Part shown: piece after piece, positions 11,641-26,799 of the stretch
How the letters are laid out: the number at the start of each line of letters is the position of its first letter
How positions within the stretch are numbered: the stretch's first letter is position 1
Source of the DNA: Octopus vulgaris
Lineage: Eukaryota
Direction of reading: 5' to 3'
Length of the DNA: 64,000 bases
Assembly (NCBI GenBank): GCA_951406725.2
Contig: OX597818.1
Coordinates: 137,764,001 to 137,828,000, forward strand
Notes under the pieces: model-generated
What the model was told of the DNA's origin: nothing
Database searches by the model: none
Seen by the model: the letters and a program-made list of their open reading frames with translations, nothing else
Program-made: the position numbers and the translations under genes

Positions 11641-12820
11641 AGACGGTGAGCTGGCAGAATCGTTAGCATGCTGAACGAAATGCTTAGTGGTATTTCGCCG
11701 GTCACTACGTTCAGAGTTCAAATTCCGCCGAGGTCGAGTTTGCTTTTCATCCTTACAGGGTCGATAATTTAAGTACCACTTAAGTACTGGGGTAGATGTA
11801 ATCGACTTATCTCCCTCCCCACAAATTCCAAGCCCTGTACTTATAGTAGAAAAGATTATTACACTATACGTGATGTGGCGAGTCAGCAAAATCGTTAATT
11901 CGACGGATAAAATGCTCAGCGGCATCTCGTTCACCTTTACATTTCTCTCCCCTTCGATGTTCTCTGTCTGTCATACTCTCTCTCTCTCTCACTCTTCCTC
12001 CTTTGCTCTATCGAGGCTCTTACGTGACCATCAGCCATCTTTCTTTCCCCACCGTGGTCGACTTTGCCTTTCGGGATCGATAAAATAAGTTCCATGTTAG
12101 TCCTGGGGGTCGTTGGCGATCGACTAACTCCGCTCCCTATTATAGCCTTATGTCTATAATAAACAGGATTATTACTTCAGATGTGAAGGCAGCGAGCTGG
12201 CAGAACCGTCAGCGAGCGGGACAAAATAATTAACAGCATTTCATCCGCTTCTACGTTCAAACTCAGCCAAGGTTCATTTTTGCCTTTCATCATTTCCAAG
12301 TCGATAAAATAAGTACCAATCAAGTACTAGTATTGGTATAATCGGCTTTCTACTTTTGGCCCTGTGCCAAAATTTGAAACCGTTATTACTCTCTATGTTA
12401 AAGCTCCATACAAATGTTACACTGCCAATCAAGGAATCGAACCCACGACCTAGCGATCGGGAGTGTAACAGCTCAACCACTAGGCCATGTGTCTTTACTA
12501 TATTTCCTTTATATATTTCTGTTTTCTTTTCTTCTTGTCAGCATACCTCATGTATAATTTCATGACTATTTTAGAAATAGTTATTTTCAATTATCATTAT
12601 TGTTAATGAGGTGAGCTGACCGAGTCCTTAGCACTCTGAACAAAATGCTTAACAGCATTTCGTTCGTCCTTACGTTCTGAGTTCAAATTCCACCGAGGTC
12701 GACTTTGACTTTCATCATTTTGGGGTCGATAAAATAAGTACCAGTTGAGTAATGGTAGCGATGTAATCGATTTACTCTGCCCCTAAAATTGTTGGCTTTG
12801 TTCCACAGTTTGAAACCTCC
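11641..12820 (+). mobile_element. Cluster of four diverged SINE family B copies (about 11641, 11875, 12187, 12608)
   Basis: Repeated gagctggcagaa head, ttcaaattcc B box and gcctttcatc...gtcgataaaataagtacc domain. Confidence 0.75.
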
Positions 12821-12930
12821 ACCATTATTATTTTTAGTACTCATCTTTTCTGACATTTCTTAAATATTGATATTCGTGTATATGATTTTTGAATAAATTT
12901 AAACTATTTGAAAAATAATATTTTCAACTT

Positions 12931-13315
12931 GGATTGGAAGCACTCCGTAGGTTACGACGACGAGGGTTCCGGTTGATCCGAATCAACGGAACAGCCTGCT
13001 CGTGAAATTAACGTGTAAGTGGCTGAGCACTCCACAGACACGTGCACCCTTAACGTAGTTCTCGGGGATATTCAGCGTGACACAGAGAGTGACAAGGCCG
13101 GCCCTTTGAAATACAAGTACAACAGAAACAGGAAGTAAGAGTGAAAGTTGTGGTGAAAGAGTACAGCAGGGATCACCACCATCCCGTGCCGGAGCCTCGT
13201 GGAGCTTTAAGTGTTTTCGCTCAATAAACACTCACAACGCCCGGTCTGGGAATCGAAACCACGATCCTATGACCGCGAGTCCGCTGCCCTAACCACTGGG
13301 CCATTGCGCCTCCAC
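12931..13315 (-). mobile_element. SINE family C with 10-bp TSD
   Basis: Full-length copy; ttttcaactt at 12921-12930 and 13316-13325. Confidence 0.9.
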
Positions 13316-15842
13316 TTTTCAACTTACACTGCTATACGATAAAAAAAAATCTTTTGTTAGAAACCTTTTGAATTTATATATCGCTTTTTCTTTATTTATA
13401 TTATTATTATATTTCATTTCTTTCTTTTCCTTCTTCTTGACTGCATGCATATACAACTTCAGAAGGGCATTAAACAATCACAAAGCTATGATGCTGAGTG
13501 AAACGAGTGACGACTTGTCATTCAGGGTACAAAGTCGTGTTATTATACACGTGGCAGTGAAAGCCATTTAAGGGCGCTTTAACCAGAAGCGCTGGAAAAG
13601 ATAAAACAAAAGGGGAAAAAAGGAACAAAAACGACAACAATAGGTCACGGAAGCAGCTGTTCATATGATGGCACCACTAAGGATTGTCCCAGAAACTGCG
13701 AAAAAGATCACTTGGGACTCCATTCCAAAAGATCGCTAGTAATCCGAAAGTTGGGTCTCTTCTGCTATAAATAGCGCCACGCCATTTGGTTGTGAAGATG
13801 AAGGGATGATGGAAAGAGAGCAGAGATAACTGATTGCTTCAGACATTGAGAAATTAAAATGATCCCCTCCTCTCCCCCAGCAAAGAGTCTATTCCACTTT
13901 ACATCAACTTGAAACTGTCAGCTTCAATTTGTTATGGAGTGAACTGGGTTCGCCAACAAAAATGCATAGATGCTACCTCAAGAAAAATGTTTCGGAATGT
14001 CATGGCCTATGTATGACAAGCTGTGTGCTTAGTTGACTAGAGCAGGACAAATGGAAATATGTCTGGTTCTAAGGATGAAATACAAGACAAAAAGGTAGGC
14101 AGCGATAATAGGTTGTACACCCCATAAGTTGAGAATGCAATACCCGGTGAAAATACGAAGGTCACAACCAAAGGTATTGTCTGTGACGTTGACCTTTGGC
14201 TTCTCATCCCATTTGTGATACAGTAAGAAATAGACAGTGACCAGCTACACGTTTTTGAATGGCATCTGTATGGACATCCAGCTGCTGACGGTCTTTAAAG
14301 AACACAAGCACATTCCTATTACGGGCAGGGAGCGAGGTCAATCAGACTGGTGGTTCATGGTAGAAGATCTAGTTGCCCTACAGGGTGTAGTGAAAGCCAC
14401 ATAAGGACTTTCTGGGAAGCAGAATAGGGCAAAAGAAAATAGGCAGTAGATATTGGCGTATATAGCAGCAGCAAGTATTGAACCTAATGGTGAAGATCCA
14501 TTGATCACAGTTCTGGGAGGAGCTGAAGCAGAAGCTGTTGAAATCATCTCGACTTCAGTGCTAATATCTCCACTTGCCGACGAGCCTCCTCTGTCAAAAT
14601 AGGGCTGGATATAAGATATGAATAGCAGTACTACCAACTCGTATCATCTTGCGCTGAGAGGAATGAGATGGACACAGGAGAAAAGTGAAAAAAACTATCA
14701 TAGTAAGGCTAGACAGATTTGAAAATATTTCATGAAAGCCGCTATATTCTATTGAATTCTTCAAGTTTACGGTAATTCGAGAGAAAACACAAGTGTAGTT
14801 GATTAACTACTGATCCTAAAAGAGGAAGAATGAAGCATTATTCTGATCGACGAGGCTGCAGAAGACGAGAATCAGGGGTCCCTAGGTGACATCTGGCTCA
14901 TATCGCCCCTCATTAGCTTATAGCAATCCGATTAGTGTTTCAATGAATCATCTCTGCAAGATGGGTTCGGCTCGTAATAGGAATATATTTACTTACAGAT
15001 AGGCTCCCTTGAAACAGTAACGGCTCAATTCATTTATCTTTTGAATCCCACATTTTCTATGACGGATCATAACCATTACAAAACATTACTGGCGTGTTGT
15101 TGTTGCATTTGTTGCTAACGTTTTGCTCCATGTCAAAACAGTCTATGAATAACGTTATTGTTGTTGATGATTCAGAGTTCTGTTATTGTTGTTGGTATTG
15201 AAGTTGTTCAGGTCACATCTGATCGATAAGGCCTTTGGTCACAGTTTTTCCAACTGTAACCATTCCGTCTCTTTGCTATTCAGAGCGATTTATCCACTTT
15301 GAGGCGACGTTAACGTGCGATTTGAGACGCAATTTTAAAAATAATTTTGAACAGCCTTGTAAAATGTCTCTCATTAGCTTGTATTCCATATTTGGCAGGG
15401 AATCAGTCTGTTGCTTCTTGTCTATTATCGAAAGAGTCTTTCCAGCAAACCCAATGAGGTCTTAATTAATTAGACAATATATATCATCCATCCACCCAGC
15501 CATCAATCCATCCATCTATCCAATCATTTTGTCCGTCCGCTATTGGTGGGGTGGAGGGTAAAGTCTTGAGGCACCTCCTCCTAAGGTTCCTATCAGAAGC
15601 AATTGTCATTACACAATCCATAAATCCCAAATATCATGCATTTTCTTTTTAGCTATTAAGATATGATTTAAAAACAGTTAATCTGCCACTTTCAGGATTT
15701 CGAGCGAGCCTATAGGGATCTATTTTATATGTACAAAATTTGGTAAGGGCTCAACGTGCGTATTCACTGCTCAATTCCAGTTTTTAATTCGAAACATTTC
15801 CTTTTTGTTGCTGAATCTTTTCTTTTAGGGATCGAAGGACAG

Positions 15843-15880
<38 letters not shown>

Positions 15881-16239
15881 GAGAATGAAAGAAACAAGAT
15901 GCTTCTTTAGCAAATCCCTTCGTATTTTATATCACATGACTCCACGTGACCCTCCTGTATTTAAATCCCGTTACCCATAATTCCATTTCGTAATTACTCA
16001 TTTCAACCTCCCATCAAAATATTTTGCTACTTAATAATCTCTAAGACGGAAGACATGTCTGACAAGCATCATCTTAAAAAGTGATAAATGTCTTGTTTCA
16101 GGTTTCCAAGAAGTATTCACGCCGACCAAAACGTCTGTCAGTATCGGAATATCATATCACACACACGTTTATACGCACAACATACGTTATCCACATATTG
16201 TTTTATATGAGTGTGTTTGCGCGTGCGCGTACACACACA

Positions 16240-16361
16240 CGCACATATACATACACACAGATGTATATGTGAATATGTGTATGTATACATATCTATATAC
16301 ACACCTTCATAAATATATAATAATATGTGTATGTATATATACATAGATACATACATACATA

Positions 16362-16411
<50 letters not shown>

Positions 16412-16415
16412 GATG

Positions 16416-16488
<73 letters not shown>

Positions 16489-16557
16489 TATATATATATA
16501 TATTCTTTTATTCTCCTATGTTTCAGCCCTGTGGCTGTGGCCATGCTAGGGCACCGT

Positions 16558-16588
<31 letters not shown>

Positions 16589-17015
16589 TCATCATCATCA
16601 TCATCATTATCGTTTAACGTCCGCCTTCTATGCAGGCATGAGTTGGACGGTTTGACAAGTATAAACATAGTCATGTTTACACAGACACACACACGCACAG
16701 GCACGCACACACACACTCGCACACACACACACGTTTCACCACTAAAAATGCACATACACGAAGGTATATGTAATGTTTCATACAATATTGTGCCTATGGC
16801 ACTTAAAACTCTCTAAACGCTATTACTACTGTCGTTTTGTTGTTGTTCATGATGTTGATATTGATGTTCATGATGATGAAGATGATAGTGACGATGTCGG
16901 CGGTGGCGCTGATGGCGGCAGCGGTGATAATGGTGATGACGATGATAATGACGTTTGAAGTAGATATGTTAGTGGTCGTGGTGTTTGTAGTGGTGGTGGT
17001 GGTGGTGACGATGAC

Positions 17016-17052
<37 letters not shown>

Positions 17053-17810
17053 GCACTGGCTATAGTGGTGGTGGTGGTGGTGGTGGTGGTGATAATGGTG
17101 ATACTGGTGATGCAAGTGATGAGGTAGTGATGGTGATAGTGGTTGTGGTGGTGGTGGTGGTTTTGGTGGTGGTGATGGTTTGATTCGGATGTGGATTTTT
17201 CTTTCTATCCACAGTTCATGGCTCTACAATCCATTCAACACCCCCACCCCGCCACCACTTACTTCCATTTTCCTTTTTTCTTTTCTTTCTCGTCATCGTC
17301 ATTGTCATCCTCTTCATCGCCGTCATCGTTATCATCATCGTTACCATCATCATCGTTATCATCATCGTTGTGGTTGCAATGACAACTATTGTTGCTGGCA
17401 TGTTTGCTGTCGTGTTCAAGTTTTTACGACTGTAAAGCGTCATGTCACCTTATGGTCGGCTGGTCGTAAAGTACAGACGGAGAGGTCCATAAGATCGGAG
17501 TCTTCGTCTTAGCTATCAAATGACTGCCCACAATACGACACTTAAGTTGCAGCCGGGTTTTCTCTCTCTAATCTGCTTGTTGCACGCTACTTATTGGTGC
17601 TAAAACGGGAAGGAAGGAAGGAAGGAAGGAAGGAAGGAAGGAAGGAAAGGAAAGGAAGGAAGGAAATAGCAACACCAATAATTTCCACTACCACCACCAC
17701 CTCCACTAACTGCACCACCACCACCACCAGCAGTAGCACTAGCACCATCACTACAATTTTCATCACCTCCAATACCGCCACCAGTACCACCGGCACCTCT
17801 GCCGCCACCG

Positions 17811-17863
<53 letters not shown>

Positions 17864-18145
17864 GTCTCCTTCACCACCACCATCACCACCACCACTATCA
17901 CTCCACCACCACCAAAACCACTATCACCACCACCACCATCACCATCACTACTACTACTACAACAACAACTGCTATTACTACTACTACTACAACCGTAACC
18001 ACTACTACTACAACCATTACCACTACAACCTCCACCACCATCACTACTACTACTACTACTACTACCGTTACCACCACCACCTCTACCTCCACCACCACCA
18101 CCACCACTACTACTACTGCTGCTGCTGCTGCTGTTGTTGCTACTG

Positions 18146-18200
<55 letters not shown>

Positions 18201-18230
18201 AACCATTACCACCGCTACAGGAGGAATGAA
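16240..18230. repeat. Compound microsatellite zone: (TA)n, (GATA)n, (CAT)n, (GAT)n, (GGT)n, (GGAA)n, (CTA)n, (CCA)n
   Basis: Direct reading; short unique islands interspersed. Confidence 0.85.
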
Positions 18231-18384
18231 TGAGTCTTGGCACCAAGCTGATGTCTTTATTAGGAGATATAAAAGTATCTCTTTCTGAATTATTTTCATA
18301 TATTGATGTGGATAAATAGATGAAAGGGTGGACGCAAGGGTGGATGGGTGGGTAGTTGGATAGGTTGAAGCGTAGGTCAAAAGT

Positions 18385-18820
18385 GGATGGATTGCTGGAT
18401 GGATGGATGGATGGATGGATGAAGGGTGTGGATGGATAGGTGTGTGAATGGTGGATAATTCAGTGGCAGGTTGGACGGATAGATGTATGGATGGATGGAT
18501 GGATGGATGGATGGATGGAGGGATGGATGGATAGATGGATGGAGGGAGGGATGGAGGGAGGGATGGATGGATAGATGGATGGAGGGATGGAGGGATGGAT
18601 GGATGGATGGATGGATGGATGGAGGGATGGAGGGAGGGATGGATGGATGGATGGATGGATGGATGGAGGGAGGGAGGGAGGGAGGGATGGATGGATGGAT
18701 GGATGGATGGAGGGATGGAGGGATGGGGATGGATGGATGGATGGATGGATGGATGGAGGGATGGATGGATGGATGGATGGATGGATGGATGGGAGGGAGG
18801 GATGGATGGATAGATGGATG
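18385..18820 (+). repeat. (GGAT/GGAG)n microsatellite
   Basis: Direct reading. Confidence 0.95.
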
Positions 18821-18944
18821 AGTGTGTAGTGCAGATGGAATCCTATTTGGATGCATAGACAAACCGATCGATAGAATTAGATAGACAGATAGACAGATAG
18901 ACAGACTGACAATAGGCAGACAGATAGATAAATGTTTGACTATA

Positions 18945-19362
18945 CAGGAGTGGCTGTGTGGTAAGTAGCTTGCTAACCAACCACATGGTTGCGGGTTCAG
19001 TCCCACTGCGTGGCACCTTGAGCAAGTGTATTCTGCTATAGCCTCGGGCCGACCAATGCCTTGTGAGTGGATTTGGTAGACGGAAACTGAAAGAAGCCTG
19101 TCGTATATATGCATATATATATATATATATATATGTGTGCGTGTGATTGTGTGTCTGTGTTTGTCCCCTAGCATTGCTTGACAACCGATGCTGGTGTGTT
19201 TACGTCGCCGTCACTTAGCGGTTCGGCAAAAGAGACCGATAGAATAAGTACTGGGCTTAGAAAGAATAAGTCCCAGGGTCGAGTTGTTCGACTAAAGGCG
19301 GTGCTCCAGCATGGCCGCAGTCAAATGACTGAAACAAGTAAAAGAGTAAAGAGTAAAAGAGT
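18945..19362 (+). mobile_element. SINE family A, full length
   Basis: Head, internal (TA)n, AAGAGTA tail. Confidence 0.9.
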
Positions 19363-19532
19363 ATATGTGTTTATTAAATATGTGCCTATTTCAGTGTACA
19401 GGAAACTGTACTGCTCAGTGTCAACATGTTTTAAATTCACATTTTAATTTAGGTTTTTTTTTTCCCCCAGACAAATATATTCTGTAAAGTTTTAAGCATA
19501 GAAACTGAGAAATACACCTGGTCTTTCCTTTG

Positions 19533-19790
19533 GGTGGAGGCGTGTGACTTAGTGGTTAGGGTACTGGACATATGATTGTAAAATTGTGGTTTCGTTTCCT
19601 GGATCAGGCGATGCGTTGTGTTCTTGAGCAAAACGCTTCATTTCACGTTGCTCCAGTCTATTTATTCGGTAAAAATGAGTAATCCTGCGACGGACGGGCG
19701 TTCCGTCCAGGAGGAGAATATATATGCCACGAAAACCGGGAAACAGTCTCTATGAGTCAATATGACACGAGAAGGAACTTTCCTTTCCTT
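19533..19790 (+). mobile_element. Old tRNA-derived SINE with a family C-like head
   Basis: gtggaggcgtgtgacttagtggttagggtac...gtttcgtttcctgga; (CCTTT)n-like tail. Confidence 0.6.
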
Positions 19791-19835
19791 TCCACTTTCC
19801 GACAATAAAACATCTTATTGAATCTTGTTCAGTAT

Positions 19836-19998
19836 AAGCGCAGAAATGGCTGTGTAGTAAGTAGCTTGTTTACCAAACACATGGTTCCGGGTTCAGTCCC
19901 ACTGCGTGGAACCTTGGGCAAGTGTCTTCAACTATAGCCTCGGAACGACCAATGCCTTGTGAGTGGATTTGGTAGACGGAAACTGAAAGAAGCCTGTC

Positions 19999-20041
<43 letters not shown>

Positions 20042-20241
20042 TATGTGTGTTTGTGTGTCTGTGTTTGTCCCCCTAGCATTGCTTGACAACCGATGCTGGT
20101 GTGTTTATGTCCCCGTAACTTAGCGGTTCGGCAAAAGAGACCGAGCTTACAAAGGAATAAGTCCCGGGGTCGATATGCTCGATTAAAGGCGGTGCTCCGG
20201 CATGGCCGCAGTCAAATGTCTGAAACAAGTAAAAGAGTAAG
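19836..20241 (+). mobile_element. SINE family A
   Basis: As above. Confidence 0.88.
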
Positions 20242-20569
20242 TTAAAATCATTCTCAGCCAAAGTTTTTAAAGAACTACTTCATTTTTTACAAACTATACA
20301 GTCATCTATTCAAATTTCCATCCATCTATTATGCATCCCTCTATTCACCTAAATATCTAAATTCACCCCTCCTCAATCCAAATATCTGCCTGTTTATCGA
20401 ACTTTCAATTCATCCATCTTTCTAGTCACTTATTCCGACCAACCATCCGTCAGTCTAAACGTCTACCTCTCTGGCTATTAAACTATGCAGTCATCCAGTT
20501 ATCCGCTTATCCATCCATGCCTTCATCTAATAGTCCATCAATAGTCCACCCAAGCCTCTATTTTTCACA

Positions 20570-22461
<1,892 letters not shown>

Positions 22462-23196
22462 TATCTATCTATCTATCTATCAGTCCGTTCATCTGTCTCT
22501 CTGTCTCACTTTCTCACTCTCTCCTTCTTACTTTCTCTATCTGCACATACATGCATGCATGCATATATACATACGTACGTACGTACTTATTTATGTATGT
22601 ATGTATGTATGTATGTATGTATGTATGTGAACATTAGTATCGCTGCCCAGCAGTGATGAAGAATGTATGAAGCTTAGGCTACTAAAGATATGTTTGTGAC
22701 ACTTTAACTTCTGGAGGAAAATTCACTGAGTTGCTCTGGAGAAACAAATTCTCACCGAGGAGATAAGGTGTTTTTATACCTTTTACCATAAATGATCAAA
22801 AAATATTTAGAAGTTCTACCAAACAGAACAAACGGAAAATACACAAATAGAAAGTCGCTAAATCCTCATCAGTTATCGTCCATAGAAACATAACAAATTC
22901 ATGCATTTCACGATGATATTGTTCCCCACAGGAGGAGGCAGCAACGAGAAGCTGCTAAGAAATATGTATACATCAGGTATTTCCTGCGTTACGGCTACCT
23001 CAGGTTACAATATTTCACGCTTACGGAAATTGTAAAGTATTTCGCTCTTATGGAAAATCGGATTGCATAGTTTTTAATTGTTAACAATTTAAAAGTCACA
23101 TTTTCGTCGTAGCTCAATGCCCACTTGAGTTTTAGCTAAGATCAAATTTCTATAGTTATAGATTTGGAAAACTATCATCTCGCAATACACATACAT

Positions 23197-23243
<47 letters not shown>

Positions 23244-23308
23244 TATATATATATATATATACGTAATGTACATAATGTAAGTATATATCTGTCTATCTCT
23301 CTCTCTCT

Positions 23309-23349
<41 letters not shown>

Positions 23350-23639
23350 AGCGTGGCCAGTTTGGAGCAATCTCAAGTATAATCAGCCGAAATTGCGAAG
23401 ATAATCTGGTACTTGATTGAGGAAAGAAAACTTCAAACGATCCGTCCTTGTTTTCTTTGTATCGTTTATCTGGATGTTTTGTTGTCCCATTTTTCTATCA
23501 CCTAACTGTCCGGATATTTTGCGTTCTTGTCCCATTTTGTATTTTATATATATATAATTAACTGCATAAAAATCAATACAAAGAAGTATGTATGTATGTA
23601 TATGTGCAGGTTTGTATGTTTTGTTTTATATATGTCTTT

Positions 23640-24320
23640 TCATGGATATTCTTGCATTACTTAAATGATAAACTTCTGGAAAGTTTTACAGATTTTTAGA
23701 GATCATTCATGGCTTGCATCTGTAGTCTTTGAATCAGCTTTCTCCTTTCTGGTTTTGAGATCCCAGAGCCCCAATAATTATATAGATATAAACCGGAACT
23801 TGTAATCTGGATAGAGTAACTGCAGATTTCTAAATAGTTCAGCGTACGTATTCTCTTTTTTATTGATCTTCAGCTTTATGTTAACATCCGCTGGGCAGCT
23901 AATTTCCACAACTGTACACAGTTTCTCTTCTCTATCCCAAATCATTGTATCAGGTCTGTTGTGCTTACATTTTATTGAGGTCTTCACTGCGACATTCCAC
24001 CAGTGCTCCTTTTCATTATGAGTGACTATGGCTTCTACCATACCGTAAGTTCTAATCTCTTTATCTTCGGGGTTATCCTTCCGACGGATTTCATTATAGT
24101 GTCCGAGCTACAACATCACGTCTCATTGGTAGATAAAACCGTGATGACATTTTCGGACAACTTCTTATGATGTGGGTGATATCTTCGGTGTTAATTCCAC
24201 AAAGTCACCATCGGTTGTCACATTTTACTGCTTCTCCTGCATTTCTGTCCCTTTTATGCATCAGGTATTTGTTTGATATTTCCTGTTTCTGGATTGTAAA
24301 CGCATACACTTCAAAGTGGG
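23640..24320 (-). mobile_element. R4/Dong-type non-LTR retrotransposon 3' fragment (zinc knuckle + restriction-like endonuclease), decayed
   Basis: IQKQEISNKY, LCGINTEDITHIIRSC, KHNRPDTMIWDREEKLCTVVEISCPAD (PD..E RLE), stops and frameshifts. Confidence 0.8.
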
Positions 24321-25240
24321 TATGTATGCATGTATGTATGTGCATGTGCATGTATATATATGTGTATGTATGCATGTATGTATGTATATGTATGCTTGTA
24401 TGTATGTGCATGTGTATGTATGCATGTATTATGCATGAATATATGTAAGTAGGTATGAATGTATGTAGGTATGATTGCATGTATCTATGTGTGTGTACCT
24501 TTGTGTATATATTCTTATGTGTATGTATATATGTCTGTATGTATGTATGTATGTATGTATGTCTGTATGTATGTATGCATGCTTGACACAAACGCCAACA
24601 AACACCAACAGACCCAGCACTATATAGTACGAAATAGATGAAAAATTCACTTTAACCAAAAAACATTTAATGTGATATCGTAGTGGATTTTAAAAATTGA
24701 ATAAAATGTCTTTGTTCGTAGGTCTATGAGGACTGACTTGAGACTAAACAGCCACAGGAACACAATTAGGAAGAACAATATAAGCACTACTACTCCTACA
24801 ATATCCCTACCATTACTAACATCTAAACCAATGCAAACCGCATTACCCTCACTTTCAATTCACCAAGTTTTGAATCTGTCTAGAAAGATATCAGCCCGTA
24901 CACCAACACAGGTGTATGTGTGTATGTATGAGTGTGTGTGAATGAGCGTGTGTTTGTGTGTGTGTATGAGTGTGTGCATGTGTGTGTATGAGTGTTTCGT
25001 ATATGAGTGTGTGTATGTGCGTGTGTGTATTTATGTCTTAAGTTCAAGAAGAGAATTGTCTATAAAATCTGGTGAACCCTCTTTTTAGACAATGCACCGA
25101 GCTACACAGCGCACTAAGATGACCTTTCTGATAATCTGAGAGAAGAACATATCCTCAAGAATACAACGTATTTGCTCCAGCCAATGTATCCGCAACTTTC
25201 AAAAGATCTCCTCGAGCAGAAAGTCTGCATCAAATTCGGA

Positions 25241-25302
25241 AAGATATTGTGACATTTGAAGAGATATTGCGACATTTGAAGAGATATTGCGACATTTGAA
25301 GA
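25241..25302 (+). repeat. 20-bp tandem repeat x3
   Basis: agatattgcgacatttgaag. Confidence 0.9.
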
Positions 25303-25866
25303 AGCCATACAAAATGATGTGATTAAATTGCTGGTGTCCCAGAAAGAAAAATTATCTAACGAGGGGTTGATGCTATGAGAAAAAGAACAAGCTGAGTATA
25401 CAAATGGGACAACGATATTTCCACCTACACCACTTATATTCGCTATAAAAATTATTTCTAAAGAGTTGGCACTTATAGAGGAAGATCTTCAGATTCTCGC
25501 TGATAATTATAATAATTGTGAACGTAACATAGAAATTACAAGAGCAGTTTACAATGAGCTCAGTTCCTATACCGAGTTCTACAAAGAGATAATGCGTCCT
25601 AAACAATAACTTCGGATGAGTTCTTCACTCCTGAAGCTGATGTTCATAATAATGAACTATAAGATAAATATTGTCCCTCATCCTCCCAGTAATGCTTATT
25701 CCATCACCACCACCACCACCACCACCACCACCACCCATCATACAGTAGTGAACATCTTTTGTGGTAAGAACATACTCTTACGATATTACAATACTTATCA
25801 ATTCCCGAACGTATTCCTCTTGAAATGTTTCTGTGCTTTTATGTGTCTGTATTGTAGATGTGTGTA

Positions 25867-26106
25867 TACATTTAAACATATAAGAGGTATCCATCATAGG
25901 ATTCCTTGCACGCTAGAAAGAACAGCCAAAATCCAAACAACTATTAGGGCTAAAACGTCGAAGGGAATGAAAAATGAAAACATTTACCATCTGTTTTAAT
26001 TTTTCATTCCCTTCGAAGTTTATCCCTAATAGTGGTTTGGATTTTGGCTGTTCCTTCTAGCGTGCCAGGAATCCTATAATGGATACCTCTTAGGTGTTTA
26101 AATGTA
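25867..26106. mobile_element. 240-bp imperfect palindrome (foldback/MITE-like)
   Basis: ~115-bp inverted arms tacatttaaaca...gaaaaca and tgtttt...tgtttaaatgta around a short spacer. Confidence 0.75.
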
Positions 26107-26531
26107 CACTGTATTTATATGAATAATATATAGTCTATTGACTTATTTTTCTACACGCTAGGTCACTGGTAGTAAGAATTTCTAAAATTTTTATTACCCT
26201 AATATTATTAATTATTGAACATGTGTGTGTTTAGAAAGTGTTATTTACATGTAAAGGTGACCGTGTTGCTTGTTCTTTGTTATTTTCATGTGTTTGTTTT
26301 TTATTCTTCCGAAAAAGTCCGTCGGAACGCAGTCTCACTTGATAATATGAAAATCAATAGGAAAATTAGTTTCAACTTACGGAATTTCCCGTTACAGCCA
26401 GATTTTCTGGAACACATTACTTTCGTAAAACGAATCCTTACTGTATATACATATATACATATATACATATGTATATACATACACATACACATATGCACAC
26501 ACACATACATGTCTATGTATATATTATATAA

Positions 26532-26576
<45 letters not shown>

Positions 26577-26612
26577 TATGTATATATTATATAAATATGT
26601 CTATGTATATAT

Positions 26613-26656
<44 letters not shown>

Positions 26657-26671
26657 TATGTATATATGATA

Positions 26672-26756
<85 letters not shown>

Positions 26757-26799
26757 ATATAAAAGATAAAGGGCAGAAACCTCTTTCGGTCAAGAATGA

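Noticed and set aside
13500-15100. Higher-complexity, coding-like stretch (similar case at 59990-60600)
   Set aside because: No recognisable motif, long ORF or clear splice pattern; probably a decayed transposable element, unresolved without tBLASTx
17587-19174. Long poly-S/V/T and HPSI/MDGW ORFs
   Set aside because: Translations of (CTA)n, (CCA)n and (GGAT)n microsatellites
23350-23550. Island between (TA)n tracts with ttgaggaaag...aaacg resembling a hammerhead
   Set aside because: Core boxes and stems too degenerate to call
25241-25302. Short direct repeats suggestive of CRISPR
   Set aside because: No spacers; simple 20-bp tandem repeat in eukaryotic DNA
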